64,000 nucleotides of DNA from Candidatus Lustribacter sp. (GTDB lineage Bacteria > Vulcanimicrobiota > Vulcanimicrobiia > Vulcanimicrobiales > Vulcanimicrobiaceae), in contig OZ255842.1 of NCBI GenBank assembly GCA_965277805.1, positions 4,768,001 through 4,832,000 on the forward strand, read 5' to 3'. Under the pieces are notes generated by a model, which saw only the letters and a list, made by a program, of their open reading frames with translations, was not told the DNA's origin and made no database searches. The translations under genes were made by a program, and so were the position numbers. Positions 19,015-28,201 of the stretch are shown here, one piece after another; position 1 is the stretch's first letter; every line of letters begins with the position of its first letter.

Positions 19015-20008
19015 GATAGCCGGCCTCACGATAGTAGCGCTCGGCGCCGGGGTGCAGCGGAATCGGGGTGCGCGCGGCGAGGTATCCGTTGATCGGATAC
19101 GACACGGGGCTGCGTTCGGGCGGGATGTGTTTGTAGCCCAGTTCGAGCGTTTCGAAGCGTTCGACCGACGCCCACGCGAGCGCGTAGGCAACGTCGTCGG
19201 GCAGATCGGTCGTCGTCACCAGCACGAAGTGTGAGAAATCCATGAACTCCATCTCGCGGTCGATGCCGCGCAAGTAATCTTTGGGCAACGTGGCCGGCGA
19301 CCAGTCGAGATCGCGCTTGAGTTTGTCGCGCACGTCGGGCTCGATCTCCAAAAACGTGAGATCGACCTTGTCGGCCAACTCCGTCCAGTAGTACGTCATC
19401 ACGGCTTCCTGGATGATCGCGTCGGCGTTGCCGGCCAGCACTTGGCTCGTGCACGAACGCGGCTCTTCGAATTCGATGTACCGTCCGCCCCACGCTTCGA
19501 ACGCGTCGCGCGGGATGCCGGCGGCCGACATAATTTGCTGCGCCGCATAGCCGAGAAAGGTGACGCCGTCGTCGGGACCGGTCGTGATGCGCAGCTTCGG
19601 CTTCTTGTTGCGGATGTCGGCATACGAGGTGATGCCGAGATCGCTGCGCACCGCCATGATCATGCGGTCGTGCTGCGGCACGTGGCCGAGCGCGCGCAAG
19701 TGCGGGAAGCGCTCGCCTTTGGCGAGCCCCTTGCCTTCCATCGCGGCAGCGATGAAGTTCTCGGGCACCACCAGCGCGACGTCGATTTCGCCGCGCCCGA
19801 CGGCCTGAATGTTATCGAGCGCGCCGCGGCCCGTCCAAATACCCGTCTTCGAGTGCGGTCCCGCAAGTTTGTTGAACTCGAACGCCAAGCAGCCAAGCGC
19901 GCGATGCAGATTCGCCCGGCCCCAATCGCCCATCCAGTTCATCGTGATCGAGCGATCGAGTTTCGGCGCCGGTACGCGCTTAGCGGCGGGTTTGAGTTCA
20001 GTCTGCAA
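19007..20008 (-). CDS. TAXI-family solute-binding-fold protein without obvious signal peptide
   Basis: GALDNIQAVGRGEID, LPDDVAY, PIPLHPGAERYYREAGY. Confidence 0.85.
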   Translation of the reverse strand: MQTELKPAAKRVPAPKLDRSITMNWMGDWGRANLHRALGCLAFEFNKLAGPHSKTGIWTGRGALDNIQAVGRGEIDVALVVPENFIAAAMEGKGLAKGERFPHLRALGHVPQHDRMIMAVRSDLGITSYADIRNKKPKLRITTGPDDGVTFLGYAAQQIMSAAGIPRDAFEAWGGRYIEFEEPRSCTSQVLAGNADAIIQEAVMTYYWTELADKVDLTFLEIEPDVRDKLKRDLDWSPATLPKDYLRGIDREMEFMDFSHFVLVTTTDLPDDVAYALAWASVERFETLELGYKHIPPERSPVSYPINGYLAARTPIPLHPGAERYYREAGYLA

Positions 20009-21254
20009 TGGCGGCCTCTTTCATGAGCGATGCTTGACGCATGATCTCGCGCGCCTGCGCGACGACGCGCGTGCGGCGGCGGTATTCTTCCCAGCCCCAG
20101 TAATCGGATGCGAAGAAAGGCGGGTTGACGTGACCGCACTTGCGGCACGTGCGGGACGCTTCATCGGCGTTGATGTGGTCGCGGGCCACCGCGCTCTGTG
20201 AAGACGTCGGCAGGCCGATGAGCGGCCGGTCGACCTCGCCTTCGAGTTCGCCCGGAAACGTGTGCGCATCGAACTCGTATTCATAGAGCAGCTCGTCGCA
20301 CGCCTCGCAAACGAAGCCCAGCGCTTCTTTTTGCGGAATCCCGACGGACTGCCGCTGCGTGATCACGGCGAGGTTCATCAGCTTCGGATTTTCCTGGCCG
20401 GCCTTCTGGCCGACGCCGTGCCGGAACGGTCCGACGCCGCAGCCGCCGGGCAATTGATAGCCGTCGCGAGTGCCGAAGCTGATGTTCACCTCGTGCACGG
20501 TGTTGGTGTGGATGAAGTAGCCCATCGGATCGGTGCTCGAGAGTTCGTGCAGCGTCGTGCACGGCACGATCGAGCCCGGCTCCGTATACGGAAAGAGCGG
20601 GGTGAGTGCGCCGGTTGCGATGCGGGCGAACAGGTACACGTTGTTCTTGAGCGGCGGGCGCATCTCGTCGGCGGGGCCGATGGCCATCCGGGTGCTGCGT
20701 GGCGCAGCGGCGCTCGCGCCCTCGCCTTTGGCGTTTAAGCGCGTCAGCTCACCGGCTTCGGTTTCGCGGATCTCTGCTGCGACGGCCGCCCAGTTGAAGC
20801 GGCTGACGTCGATGCCGCGCGCGAGACACGCGCGCTGATAGGCTTCCTGCGGTAGCTCGGCCGCGCAGTCCCACGTGACGCGGTGGAGCTCTTTGCCGGA
20901 GCGTTCGTCGAACCACGTTACGGCCTCGAGGCCGGGGAAGCGGGCTTTATAGCGGAGCTGGATCGATTCGCTTTTCGGCACGATCCGGTGCGGCGTGCCG
21001 GCCGGGACGTACACGTAGTCGCCCAGCACCAAATGAAAAAAGTTGACCGGTGAATGACGAAACTCGACGCGCGCTTCACCGGATAACTGGGCCAGCACCG
21101 TGTCCTGCTCGCAGATCAAAAAGAACGGCTGCGGCACCGCGTTGCGGCTGAGATGAACTTGCGGATCGATCCCCAGTTCGAGCATCGGGAACTCATCGTA
21201 ATTCCCGCGCGACGGGGCTTCTTTGAAGGTATCGAAACGAGCCTTGCGCTTCAT
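19998..21254 (-). CDS. tandem cupin protein, 3-hydroxyanthranilate 3,4-dioxygenase-like with C-terminal rubredoxin-like Cys site
   Basis: GGAGG SD before MKRKARF; GDYVYVPAGTPHR; FIHTNTVHEV; CEACDELLYE...RTCRKCG. Confidence 0.7.
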   Translation of the reverse strand: MKRKARFDTFKEAPSRGNYDEFPMLELGIDPQVHLSRNAVPQPFFLICEQDTVLAQLSGEARVEFRHSPVNFFHLVLGDYVYVPAGTPHRIVPKSESIQLRYKARFPGLEAVTWFDERSGKELHRVTWDCAAELPQEAYQRACLARGIDVSRFNWAAVAAEIRETEAGELTRLNAKGEGASAAAPRSTRMAIGPADEMRPPLKNNVYLFARIATGALTPLFPYTEPGSIVPCTTLHELSSTDPMGYFIHTNTVHEVNISFGTRDGYQLPGGCGVGPFRHGVGQKAGQENPKLMNLAVITQRQSVGIPQKEALGFVCEACDELLYEYEFDAHTFPGELEGEVDRPLIGLPTSSQSAVARDHINADEASRTCRKCGHVNPPFFASDYWGWEEYRRRTRVVAQAREIMRQASLMKEAAIAD

Positions 21255-21300
21255 GATTCCTCCCTTACGGCGACGAGCGGCCTTAGTCTTTGCCGCTCCG

Positions 21301-21338
21301 TTGACGGCTGACGTTACGTGATCGTAGCATACTACGAT
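21301..21338 (+). promoter_or_regulatory. promoter with overlapping palindromic operator
   Basis: TTGACG-N18-TAGCAT ending 6 nt before the ATG; ATCGTAG-CATA-CTACGAT palindrome at 21321-21338. Confidence 0.55.
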
Positions 21339-22047
21339 GAACGACACGACCGAGACCGACGAGAGCCGGATCGCCGACCTCATCGCGGGCAACCATATCC
21401 TGGCAAACGAGGGCGTCCTCGACGGCTTCGGCCACGTCAGCGTGCGCTCGGTAACAAATCCGCGCCACTATTTCATGGCTCGCTCGCGAGCGCCGGGCCT
21501 CGTCAGCCGCGACGACGTCATGGAGTTCGACGAACACAGCGCGCCGGTCGACCAGCAGGGCCGCCGGATGTACGCCGAGCGTTTCATTCACGGCGAAGTT
21601 CTCGCCGCGCGGCCCGACGTGAACGCGGTCGTGCACAGTCACTCGCCCGAAGTACTGCCGTTCACCGTCACCAACGCGCCGTTCAAGGCGCTCATTCACA
21701 TGGCCGCGTTCTTGGGTGATACGCCCGCGCCGGTGTTCGAGATTCGCGACGTGCTCGGCGACGACAACAAGATGCTCGTAACGGAGTCGCGCACCGGCGC
21801 GGCGCTCGCAGCCGTCATGGGCAAGCGCGCGGTCGTGCTCATGCGCGGGCACGGTATGACGGTTGCCGCTGAAAGCGTCAAGCTCGTCGTCTTGCGCGCG
21901 ATCTACACGCAGCTCAACGCGCGCATCGAAGCGGCGGCGCTGCGGCTCGGCGAGCCGGTGTTCCTCAATGCGTTCGAAACCGACCGCGTCGATCCGGCCG
22001 ACCGACCGTGGGAGGCGTGGGCCGCGAACGCCGGTGAGAAGGCTTAG
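21337..22047 (+). CDS. class II aldolase/adducin family protein
   Basis: GFGHVSVR, ERFIHGE, VVHSHS, LMRGHG. Confidence 0.9.
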   Translation: MNDTTETDESRIADLIAGNHILANEGVLDGFGHVSVRSVTNPRHYFMARSRAPGLVSRDDVMEFDEHSAPVDQQGRRMYAERFIHGEVLAARPDVNAVVHSHSPEVLPFTVTNAPFKALIHMAAFLGDTPAPVFEIRDVLGDDNKMLVTESRTGAALAAVMGKRAVVLMRGHGMTVAAESVKLVVLRAIYTQLNARIEAAALRLGEPVFLNAFETDRVDPADRPWEAWAANAGEKA

Positions 22048-22697
22048 AACTCCGCGTCGAGTTCTTCCACCTCGTCGGGCTCCGCGTACGCAGCGGCCGT
22101 CCACTCGATCATCTCGGGCAGATTCAAGATTCGTTCTACGTACGCGCTGCACGTGGCATCGAGTTTGACGTCGTAGGTGCGAAAGCGCGTTGCGACCGGC
22201 GCGTACATCGCATCGGCAATCGTGCGTTCGCCGAAGAGGAACGGTCCGCCGTAGGCGGTCAGGCATTCATTCCAGATCGTCGTGATGCGATCGATATCGG
22301 CCTGTGCTCCCGGCCACACCTTGAAGCCCGGGTGCCGGCCCTTGAGGTTCATCGGCAGCGCCGACCGCAAATTGCTGAAACCGCCGTGCATTTCGCCGCA
22401 GATCGAGCGGCAATGGGCCGCGGCGGCGCGCTCCTTCGGCAAGAGATGTGCCCGTGGTTTGACGTCGTTGAGGTATTCTGCGATCGCGATCGTGTCCCAA
22501 ACGGCGATCGACTTGTGGGTCAAGCGCGGGACGAGAAAGGAGGGTGATAGAAGCAACAGCTCTGCGCGCATCGCCGGATCGTCACTCGGGATGATGGTTT
22601 CCTCGAACGCCAGACCGGCAAATTTGCACAGAAGCCATCCCCTCAGGGACCATGAAGAGTAGTTCTTGCTGCTGATCGTCAACGTAGCGTCCGCCAT
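22044..22697 (-). CDS. glutathione S-transferase family protein
   Basis: SKNYSSWSLRGWL, VWDTIAIAEYL, TIADAMYAPV; GGAGG SD. Confidence 0.9.
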   Translation of the reverse strand: MADATLTISSKNYSSWSLRGWLLCKFAGLAFEETIIPSDDPAMRAELLLLSPSFLVPRLTHKSIAVWDTIAIAEYLNDVKPRAHLLPKERAAAAHCRSICGEMHGGFSNLRSALPMNLKGRHPGFKVWPGAQADIDRITTIWNECLTAYGGPFLFGERTIADAMYAPVATRFRTYDVKLDATCSAYVERILNLPEMIEWTAAAYAEPDEVEELDAEF

Positions 22698-22766
22698 TGG
22701 TCGCACCTCCAGAGAGCAACGCGTTCGCCTCGAACGCTTGGGCTCCCAGCGGCCCAATGGTGGACG

Positions 22767-23984
22767 ATGATGTACCAAATGTATCAAGCGCAGGCCGATG
22801 CAGCAGAGCAAGTGCGTGTGTGGGCGCGCGCGACGAGCGCATTGCTTCATAATCCGTTCGCACAAGCGTTTGCGCCGTTTGGTATGGGCTACGTCACCGC
22901 CGGCTACGAAATGCTCGCCCGCGCCGGGTTTACGCACGAACGCACGCCCTTCGGTATCGACTCGGTCAAGATCGGGACCGACGACGTTCCGGTCACCGAA
23001 GAAATCGCCGCCGCCACGCCGTTTGCGACGTTGCTCCACTTCAAGAAGGCCTCCGCGGCTCATCTGCCGCGCGTGCTGCTCGTCGCGCCGATGTCGGGCC
23101 ACTTTGCAACCCTGCTGCGCGCGACCGTCAAGACGATGCTGCCCGAGCACGACGTGTATCTCACCGACTGGCACAACGCGCGCGACGTGAGCCTCGACGA
23201 CGGCCCGTTCGGGGTCGACGACTACGTCGCGCACGTGATCCAATTTCTCGAAACGATCGGCAGCGGCGCGCACGTCGTGGCCGTCTGCCAGCCGTGCGTT
23301 CCGGTCCTCGCCGCGGTTGCGGTCATGGCCGAGGCCGGAAACGAGGCGCAGCCGCGCACGATGACGCTGATGGCAGGCCCGGTCGATGCGCGCGTGAGCC
23401 CGACGCGGGTGAACGAACTCGCAATCAGCCATCCGATGGAGTGGTTCGAGCAGAATCTCATCGCGACGGTGCCGGCGAAATTTCGCGGCGCGAACCGCCG
23501 CGTTTACCCCGGCTTCATCCAGCTGCTCGCGTTCATCAGCATGAATCCCGAGCGCCACGTTGAGGCGCATTGGGATCTCTACAACGATTTTGCCACCGGC
23601 GAAGACGAAAAAGCGAAGACGATCGCAACGTTTTACGACGAGTACTTCTCAGTCGCCGATCTGCCGGCGGAATTCTATCTCGAAACGGTCAGGACCATCT
23701 TCCAAGAGTACGCGCTGGCGCGCGGCACGCTGACGTATCGTGGCCGCCTCGTCAACCCCGGGGCGATCGACCGCACCGCGCTGCTCACCGTCGAAGGCGA
23801 ACGCGACGACGTGTGCGGGATCGGTCAGACGCTCGCCGCACAGGATCTCTGCACCGGCATCCGGCCCTATCGCAAGCGTCATCATCTGCAGCCGGGCGTC
23901 GGACACTACGGCGTGTTCAGCGGCCGGCGCTGGTCGCAGAGCATCTACCCGATGCTGCGCAACCTCATCCTATCCATGGACTAG
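22767..23984 (+). CDS. phaZ: intracellular polyhydroxyalkanoate depolymerase
   Basis: VAPMSGHFATLLR, AVCQP catalytic Cys, VEGERDD, GHYGVFSG. Confidence 0.92.
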   Translation: MMYQMYQAQADAAEQVRVWARATSALLHNPFAQAFAPFGMGYVTAGYEMLARAGFTHERTPFGIDSVKIGTDDVPVTEEIAAATPFATLLHFKKASAAHLPRVLLVAPMSGHFATLLRATVKTMLPEHDVYLTDWHNARDVSLDDGPFGVDDYVAHVIQFLETIGSGAHVVAVCQPCVPVLAAVAVMAEAGNEAQPRTMTLMAGPVDARVSPTRVNELAISHPMEWFEQNLIATVPAKFRGANRRVYPGFIQLLAFISMNPERHVEAHWDLYNDFATGEDEKAKTIATFYDEYFSVADLPAEFYLETVRTIFQEYALARGTLTYRGRLVNPGAIDRTALLTVEGERDDVCGIGQTLAAQDLCTGIRPYRKRHHLQPGVGHYGVFSGRRWSQSIYPMLRNLILSMD

Positions 23985-23988
23985 CAGT

Positions 23989-25032
23989 CTACTGCAGCGA
24001 GACTTGGTTCGCGACGATCAGGAACGATGAGTCGGCCTTCGAGAGCGTTCCGCGAATCGTGATGTTTTTGCCGAGAAATGCGCCGAAGTCGATCTGCACC
24101 GTAGGTGCTTCCAGAACGAGCGCCGTTTCGCGGCCGGCGGCGTTCGCGAGGAAGTAGCCGTTCGGCCCCAGCTTCAACGTGCCGGAGAGTGAGGTGACGA
24201 ACTGCGGCTGCTCGAGCACGTTGGGGGTGATCGAGGCGACCTTGCGGTTCTGATTGGGGCCGCTGAAGTTCAGCAACGCGCTGATCTGCGCGATCCCTTT
24301 GACTTGCGGCGTCCAGATCGTGGTCACGCGCGTCGTCTGACCGGAGGTTGTCGGCGGTACGATGATGCGTGCCAGCTGCCCGCCGTTCGCGGTGATCGAG
24401 AGCGGCACGTTTTGTTCGGCGAACGTGCCGCTGTTCTGCACGGTCGCGACGATGACGGTGGCCGCGCCGACATAGGCCGGCGTGGTCAGCACGAGCGAGG
24501 TGATGCCCATATCGTGCACCGGCGTCGAGGAACCGCCGCCGCGCGCGAGATCGAGCGAAAAGCGCCCGATCGATGAGAAGATCGTCGACGCACCGGTCCC
24601 GATGATCGCGCGCACGCGCCAGTAATACACGCCGCCCGAAAGCGGGAGATTCGGCGGCTGCTGGCTGGTGAATCCGGAGCCCGGCAAGTTTTGGTTCTGG
24701 AACGTGAAGATCGTCGTCGGCGTATTGAGGTCGACGAGGATGTGGCTGCCGACGTCGGGTTGATCGGAGATCTGCAGTTCGTAGGTGACGGCGAGCGCAC
24801 CGGGCGCGACTTGCGGTTGGCGCCCGCGCGAGGTCAGCACGAAGTTGTAGACGTTGCCGGGGTTCACCGGCGTCCATTGGAACAGAATCGGAATGCCGAC
24901 GTTGAGCATCGGCGAGATCAGCGTCGGCGCCGGCACCTGCGGGATCGTCTGCGCGTGGGCCGTTGCGCCCGACGCTAAGGCGAGCGCAGCAGTGAGCGCG
25001 AGGCGTCGCGTGGTTCGAACGAGTGCGTGCAT
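23989..25032 (-). CDS. secreted multidomain beta-sandwich protein (FN3-like + CARDB-like)
   Basis: Signal peptide; FQW...YELQIS...YYWRVRA; VATVQNSGT. Confidence 0.7.
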   Translation of the reverse strand: MHALVRTTRRLALTAALALASGATAHAQTIPQVPAPTLISPMLNVGIPILFQWTPVNPGNVYNFVLTSRGRQPQVAPGALAVTYELQISDQPDVGSHILVDLNTPTTIFTFQNQNLPGSGFTSQQPPNLPLSGGVYYWRVRAIIGTGASTIFSSIGRFSLDLARGGGSSTPVHDMGITSLVLTTPAYVGAATVIVATVQNSGTFAEQNVPLSITANGGQLARIIVPPTTSGQTTRVTTIWTPQVKGIAQISALLNFSGPNQNRKVASITPNVLEQPQFVTSLSGTLKLGPNGYFLANAAGRETALVLEAPTVQIDFGAFLGKNITIRGTLSKADSSFLIVANQVSLQ

Positions 25033-26930
25033 CAGAATTGCCGATTGACGCTCAAGGCGCCGACGGACGTATTGATCATGCCGATGTTCTCCGTTACCGT
25101 AGCAGAAACCGAGTAGGGGCTATGCGGCGGCTTCACGGTCAAACCGTAGTTGTACGTGGTGGTCGGCGGGCTGACCACGCCGAAGGCAGGGAGCGTGAGC
25201 GCGTGATTGAGCTGCGTCGAGAGCGTAAAACTGCCGCGCGTCCAGGAGATCGATGCGGTCGCCGAATTGCTGACCGACGATTGGGTGTCGGAGCTGGCAT
25301 CGTTTTGGCTCAGATTGTATCCGCCCGAAATCGTGATGCCGGCGAACGGGGTGCGTGAGATCGTGATGCCGTCGGTCATGACGTGCAAGAGATCGCCGGT
25401 ATCGTCGCGCGTCTCCGTATCGGTGAGCGTGTATTGGATCGCGTACGGTCCGCGCCGCGTCGTATAGGCGAACGTCGTGCCGTCGTTGCCGCTGAAAGGC
25501 GCGACCGGCGTTCCCGTCTGATGCTGGATTCCGTTCACTCCCTGTAACGACAGCGTGTCCCCGTTCTTGAGCGGATAGGTGATGCCGATGTTCTCCGTCG
25601 AGTAGTGGGTTGTCTGTACAGCGGTCGAACCGGGAAGGTCGTTGCGATAGGCATTGAAGCCGAGTGTGACCTGCAGCACGCCCAACGGGAAGTTGACCGA
25701 GGCGCTCTCGTTCTCTTGATCGGGCGTGATCGACGGCGCGAGGCTGTTCGAAAACGCCGGCGTGGCGCGCACGTAGCTGAAGGCAAAGTGCGCCTTGCGG
25801 ATCGCGAAGCCGAACGACGTGTCGAACACCTGCCCGAACTGATCGGATCCGGTGATGTCGTCGAGATAGTACGACATGCCGTAGTGCAAGCCGTAGGTGA
25901 TCGTCGAGTTCCTCGCGGTCACGTCGTCGCCGAATCCGAAGAACGTGCCGTCGCGCATGAAATACGGTCCGCTGGCTTGCACGGGCCCATAGACGGTCTC
26001 GTAGGCACCCGTGACGGTGACCGACGTTCCGTGCAGCGGAAAGCCGTACTGCGCGGCCGATACTTCGAAGGGGTTCGTGGTGTCGTGATTGCCCGAGATG
26101 TAGGCGCCTTGCAAGTAGTTCGTCTGCGAGTATTGCTGCTTGAAGCCGAAGCCCGAACCGGTCGGGCCGGCGAGCACGTCGCGGTCGTAGGCGGGCGCGA
26201 ACGTGCCGATTTGCACGAGCGTGGTCGGTGTTTGGTAGCTGAAGATCGGCTTCGTTGCGCCCGGCGTGTTGGCGAGGCCGAGCGACGTCGTCACGCTCTG
26301 GTTGTTGGCGAATTTCCCGGTCATGTTCAAGGTGCCGCTCTGCGTTTGCTGCGCGGCGAAGCCCGCGTTGAGCGCGAGCGAACCGTTATAGCTTTGCGTC
26401 GGCACGTGCGGCGCGGGCGGGGCCTGCGGCTGCGCCGGGGCCGGGCTTTCGGCGACACCGGGCGCCGGAACTTGACCCGGCGGCGGCGATCCGGGCGGCA
26501 CGATCGTCGCGGCCCCTGCCGAACCGCCGACCACGATGCCGACCGGCGGTGACGTTTCGGATTCCTTACCGTGCGCAAGCTGCGCGCGCACGACGAGCGG
26601 CCCGGCATAACCCTGCGGCAGCGCGAGATCGGCGAAGACCATCGTGGTCTGCTGCGGCGTTGCGGCCTCGGTTGCCGTGAGCGGTGAACCGGTCACGACG
26701 ACGTTGCCGTTGGGATCGGTCGCCGTCAGCGTGAGCGAATACGAACTCGGGGCCCACACGAGGTTGTCGTCGGGCGAAACCGCGATTTGAAACGTCACCG
26801 TCCCGCCGACGTCGGGGGCGAGGTTTTTCGCGATGATTTCTTCGATCGCGTTGTCGGCCAGCGCGGCACGCGGCGCCGCTAACGCGAGGCCGACCAGCGC
26901 GGCAAGAGAAACGTGCCAGACGCGATTCAC
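25032..26930 (-). CDS. putative outer-membrane beta-barrel protein with N-terminal Ig-like domain
   Basis: GTG start with signal peptide, Pro-rich linker, ~450 aa of alternating beta strands, terminal Phe. Confidence 0.65.
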   Translation of the reverse strand: MNRVWHVSLAALVGLALAAPRAALADNAIEEIIAKNLAPDVGGTVTFQIAVSPDDNLVWAPSSYSLTLTATDPNGNVVVTGSPLTATEAATPQQTTMVFADLALPQGYAGPLVVRAQLAHGKESETSPPVGIVVGGSAGAATIVPPGSPPPGQVPAPGVAESPAPAQPQAPPAPHVPTQSYNGSLALNAGFAAQQTQSGTLNMTGKFANNQSVTTSLGLANTPGATKPIFSYQTPTTLVQIGTFAPAYDRDVLAGPTGSGFGFKQQYSQTNYLQGAYISGNHDTTNPFEVSAAQYGFPLHGTSVTVTGAYETVYGPVQASGPYFMRDGTFFGFGDDVTARNSTITYGLHYGMSYYLDDITGSDQFGQVFDTSFGFAIRKAHFAFSYVRATPAFSNSLAPSITPDQENESASVNFPLGVLQVTLGFNAYRNDLPGSTAVQTTHYSTENIGITYPLKNGDTLSLQGVNGIQHQTGTPVAPFSGNDGTTFAYTTRRGPYAIQYTLTDTETRDDTGDLLHVMTDGITISRTPFAGITISGGYNLSQNDASSDTQSSVSNSATASISWTRGSFTLSTQLNHALTLPAFGVVSPPTTTYNYGLTVKPPHSPYSVSATVTENIGMINTSVGALSVNRQF

Positions 26931-28093
26931 GGGCTTTGCCGCGTTTGTGCGTTGACGTTGAACTGGTTGTTGTTGACGTCGACGAAGATGCTCTTGCTCA
27001 CCGATCCGAACGTGCCGGTGAGCGTACACGCGTGGGCGACGTTGCTGCTGGGCGCGACGTTCCCGGTCACGTTCACCGTCGCCGGCGTTCCGGCCGGCAC
27101 GGACGTTTGCGAGAGCGAGATCGCGGCACCGCTCACGCACGTGTCGGTGAGCGCGACCGGTCCGGCTCCGCCGGTGAGCGTCACGGTGACCGGCGCGCTC
27201 GGACCGCCGACGGAAACGCTGACGTCGGCGGGCGTAATCGACAGCACCGGCGTGGCCGAGCCGGTGAACGCCGGGAAGGGCGCGGTGACCGTCTTATTGC
27301 CGATCTGCGCGGCCACGCTCGGATTGGCGGCGGGCGTGCCGTCGTACGTCACGGTGACGGGGGTACTGGGGCTGGTCACGGTGCCGGGTGAAAACGTGAA
27401 CCCGGGCGTCTGAGACACGAGAACGAGCGGCGTGCTGAACGGCACGGCGCCCGGGATCGGATTGCCGTCGGCATCGAGCGCGGTGAAGATCAGCGATGTG
27501 GTTCCCGGAACACCATTGGCGAGCGGCGCTCCTACGGCGAGTTGCACGCCGGCGGCCACGGGCTGCAGCGTTGCGTTCACATTAGCGACGCCGTCGACGG
27601 CCGGCGGTACCGGAACGGTGACGGTCGAGAGCAGATTGCCTTGCGAGTTGGGCTGATCGAAGAACTCGATGACGAAGTTCGTCGCGCTCGATTGCGCGAC
27701 GACCGAGATGTCGCACTCGGTCAAGCCGTTGACGACCGTGCAGTCCGGCGGCAATGGCGAGAGGTTCAACTGCGCGCCGATCGCGGTCGCCGTGCCGTAT
27801 TGGACATCGACCTCGAGCGATTGCGATGACGGTGAAATGTACGCCGCGTGCCGCACATTCGAACTCGTCGTGCGCGACGGGACGGCGAACGAAAAGCGCG
27901 CGGTCAATGCGGCGCTGCTCGTGGCGGGGGTGGCTCCCGGGCCGCTTGAGCCTCCGCCACCGCAGCCGGCGCACAACGCCAAACTCGAGACGAATATGAG
28001 CGCGCGGATGCCTCTCAAACGACGAAATCCCCTACCATGTAAAGTGTCCGACAGCTTTCTCAGCGTGCCGATGCCTGCCTGCGGCCTTACCAT
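26927..28093 (-). CDS. lipoprotein with Ig-like beta-sandwich domains
   Basis: LCAGCGGGGSS lipobox, YISPSSQSL; start may lie further downstream. Confidence 0.75.
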   Translation of the reverse strand: MVRPQAGIGTLRKLSDTLHGRGFRRLRGIRALIFVSSLALCAGCGGGGSSGPGATPATSSAALTARFSFAVPSRTTSSNVRHAAYISPSSQSLEVDVQYGTATAIGAQLNLSPLPPDCTVVNGLTECDISVVAQSSATNFVIEFFDQPNSQGNLLSTVTVPVPPAVDGVANVNATLQPVAAGVQLAVGAPLANGVPGTTSLIFTALDADGNPIPGAVPFSTPLVLVSQTPGFTFSPGTVTSPSTPVTVTYDGTPAANPSVAAQIGNKTVTAPFPAFTGSATPVLSITPADVSVSVGGPSAPVTVTLTGGAGPVALTDTCVSGAAISLSQTSVPAGTPATVNVTGNVAPSSNVAHACTLTGTFGSVSKSIFVDVNNNQFNVNAQTRQSP

Positions 28094-28201
28094 TCATTTG
28101 AACTTCGGCAATTGGGCGTCCAATTCGCACGGCCGCGGATCGCGGTTGCCTGGGAGGCCCACCCTCCCGATCCGCTAACGGATCGAGCCTTGGCCGCACG
28201 G

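Noticed and set aside
22044-23570. 508-aa GST fusion in the ORF track
   Set aside because: The extension is antisense to phaZ; the real start is the ATG at 22697 with a GGAGG SD
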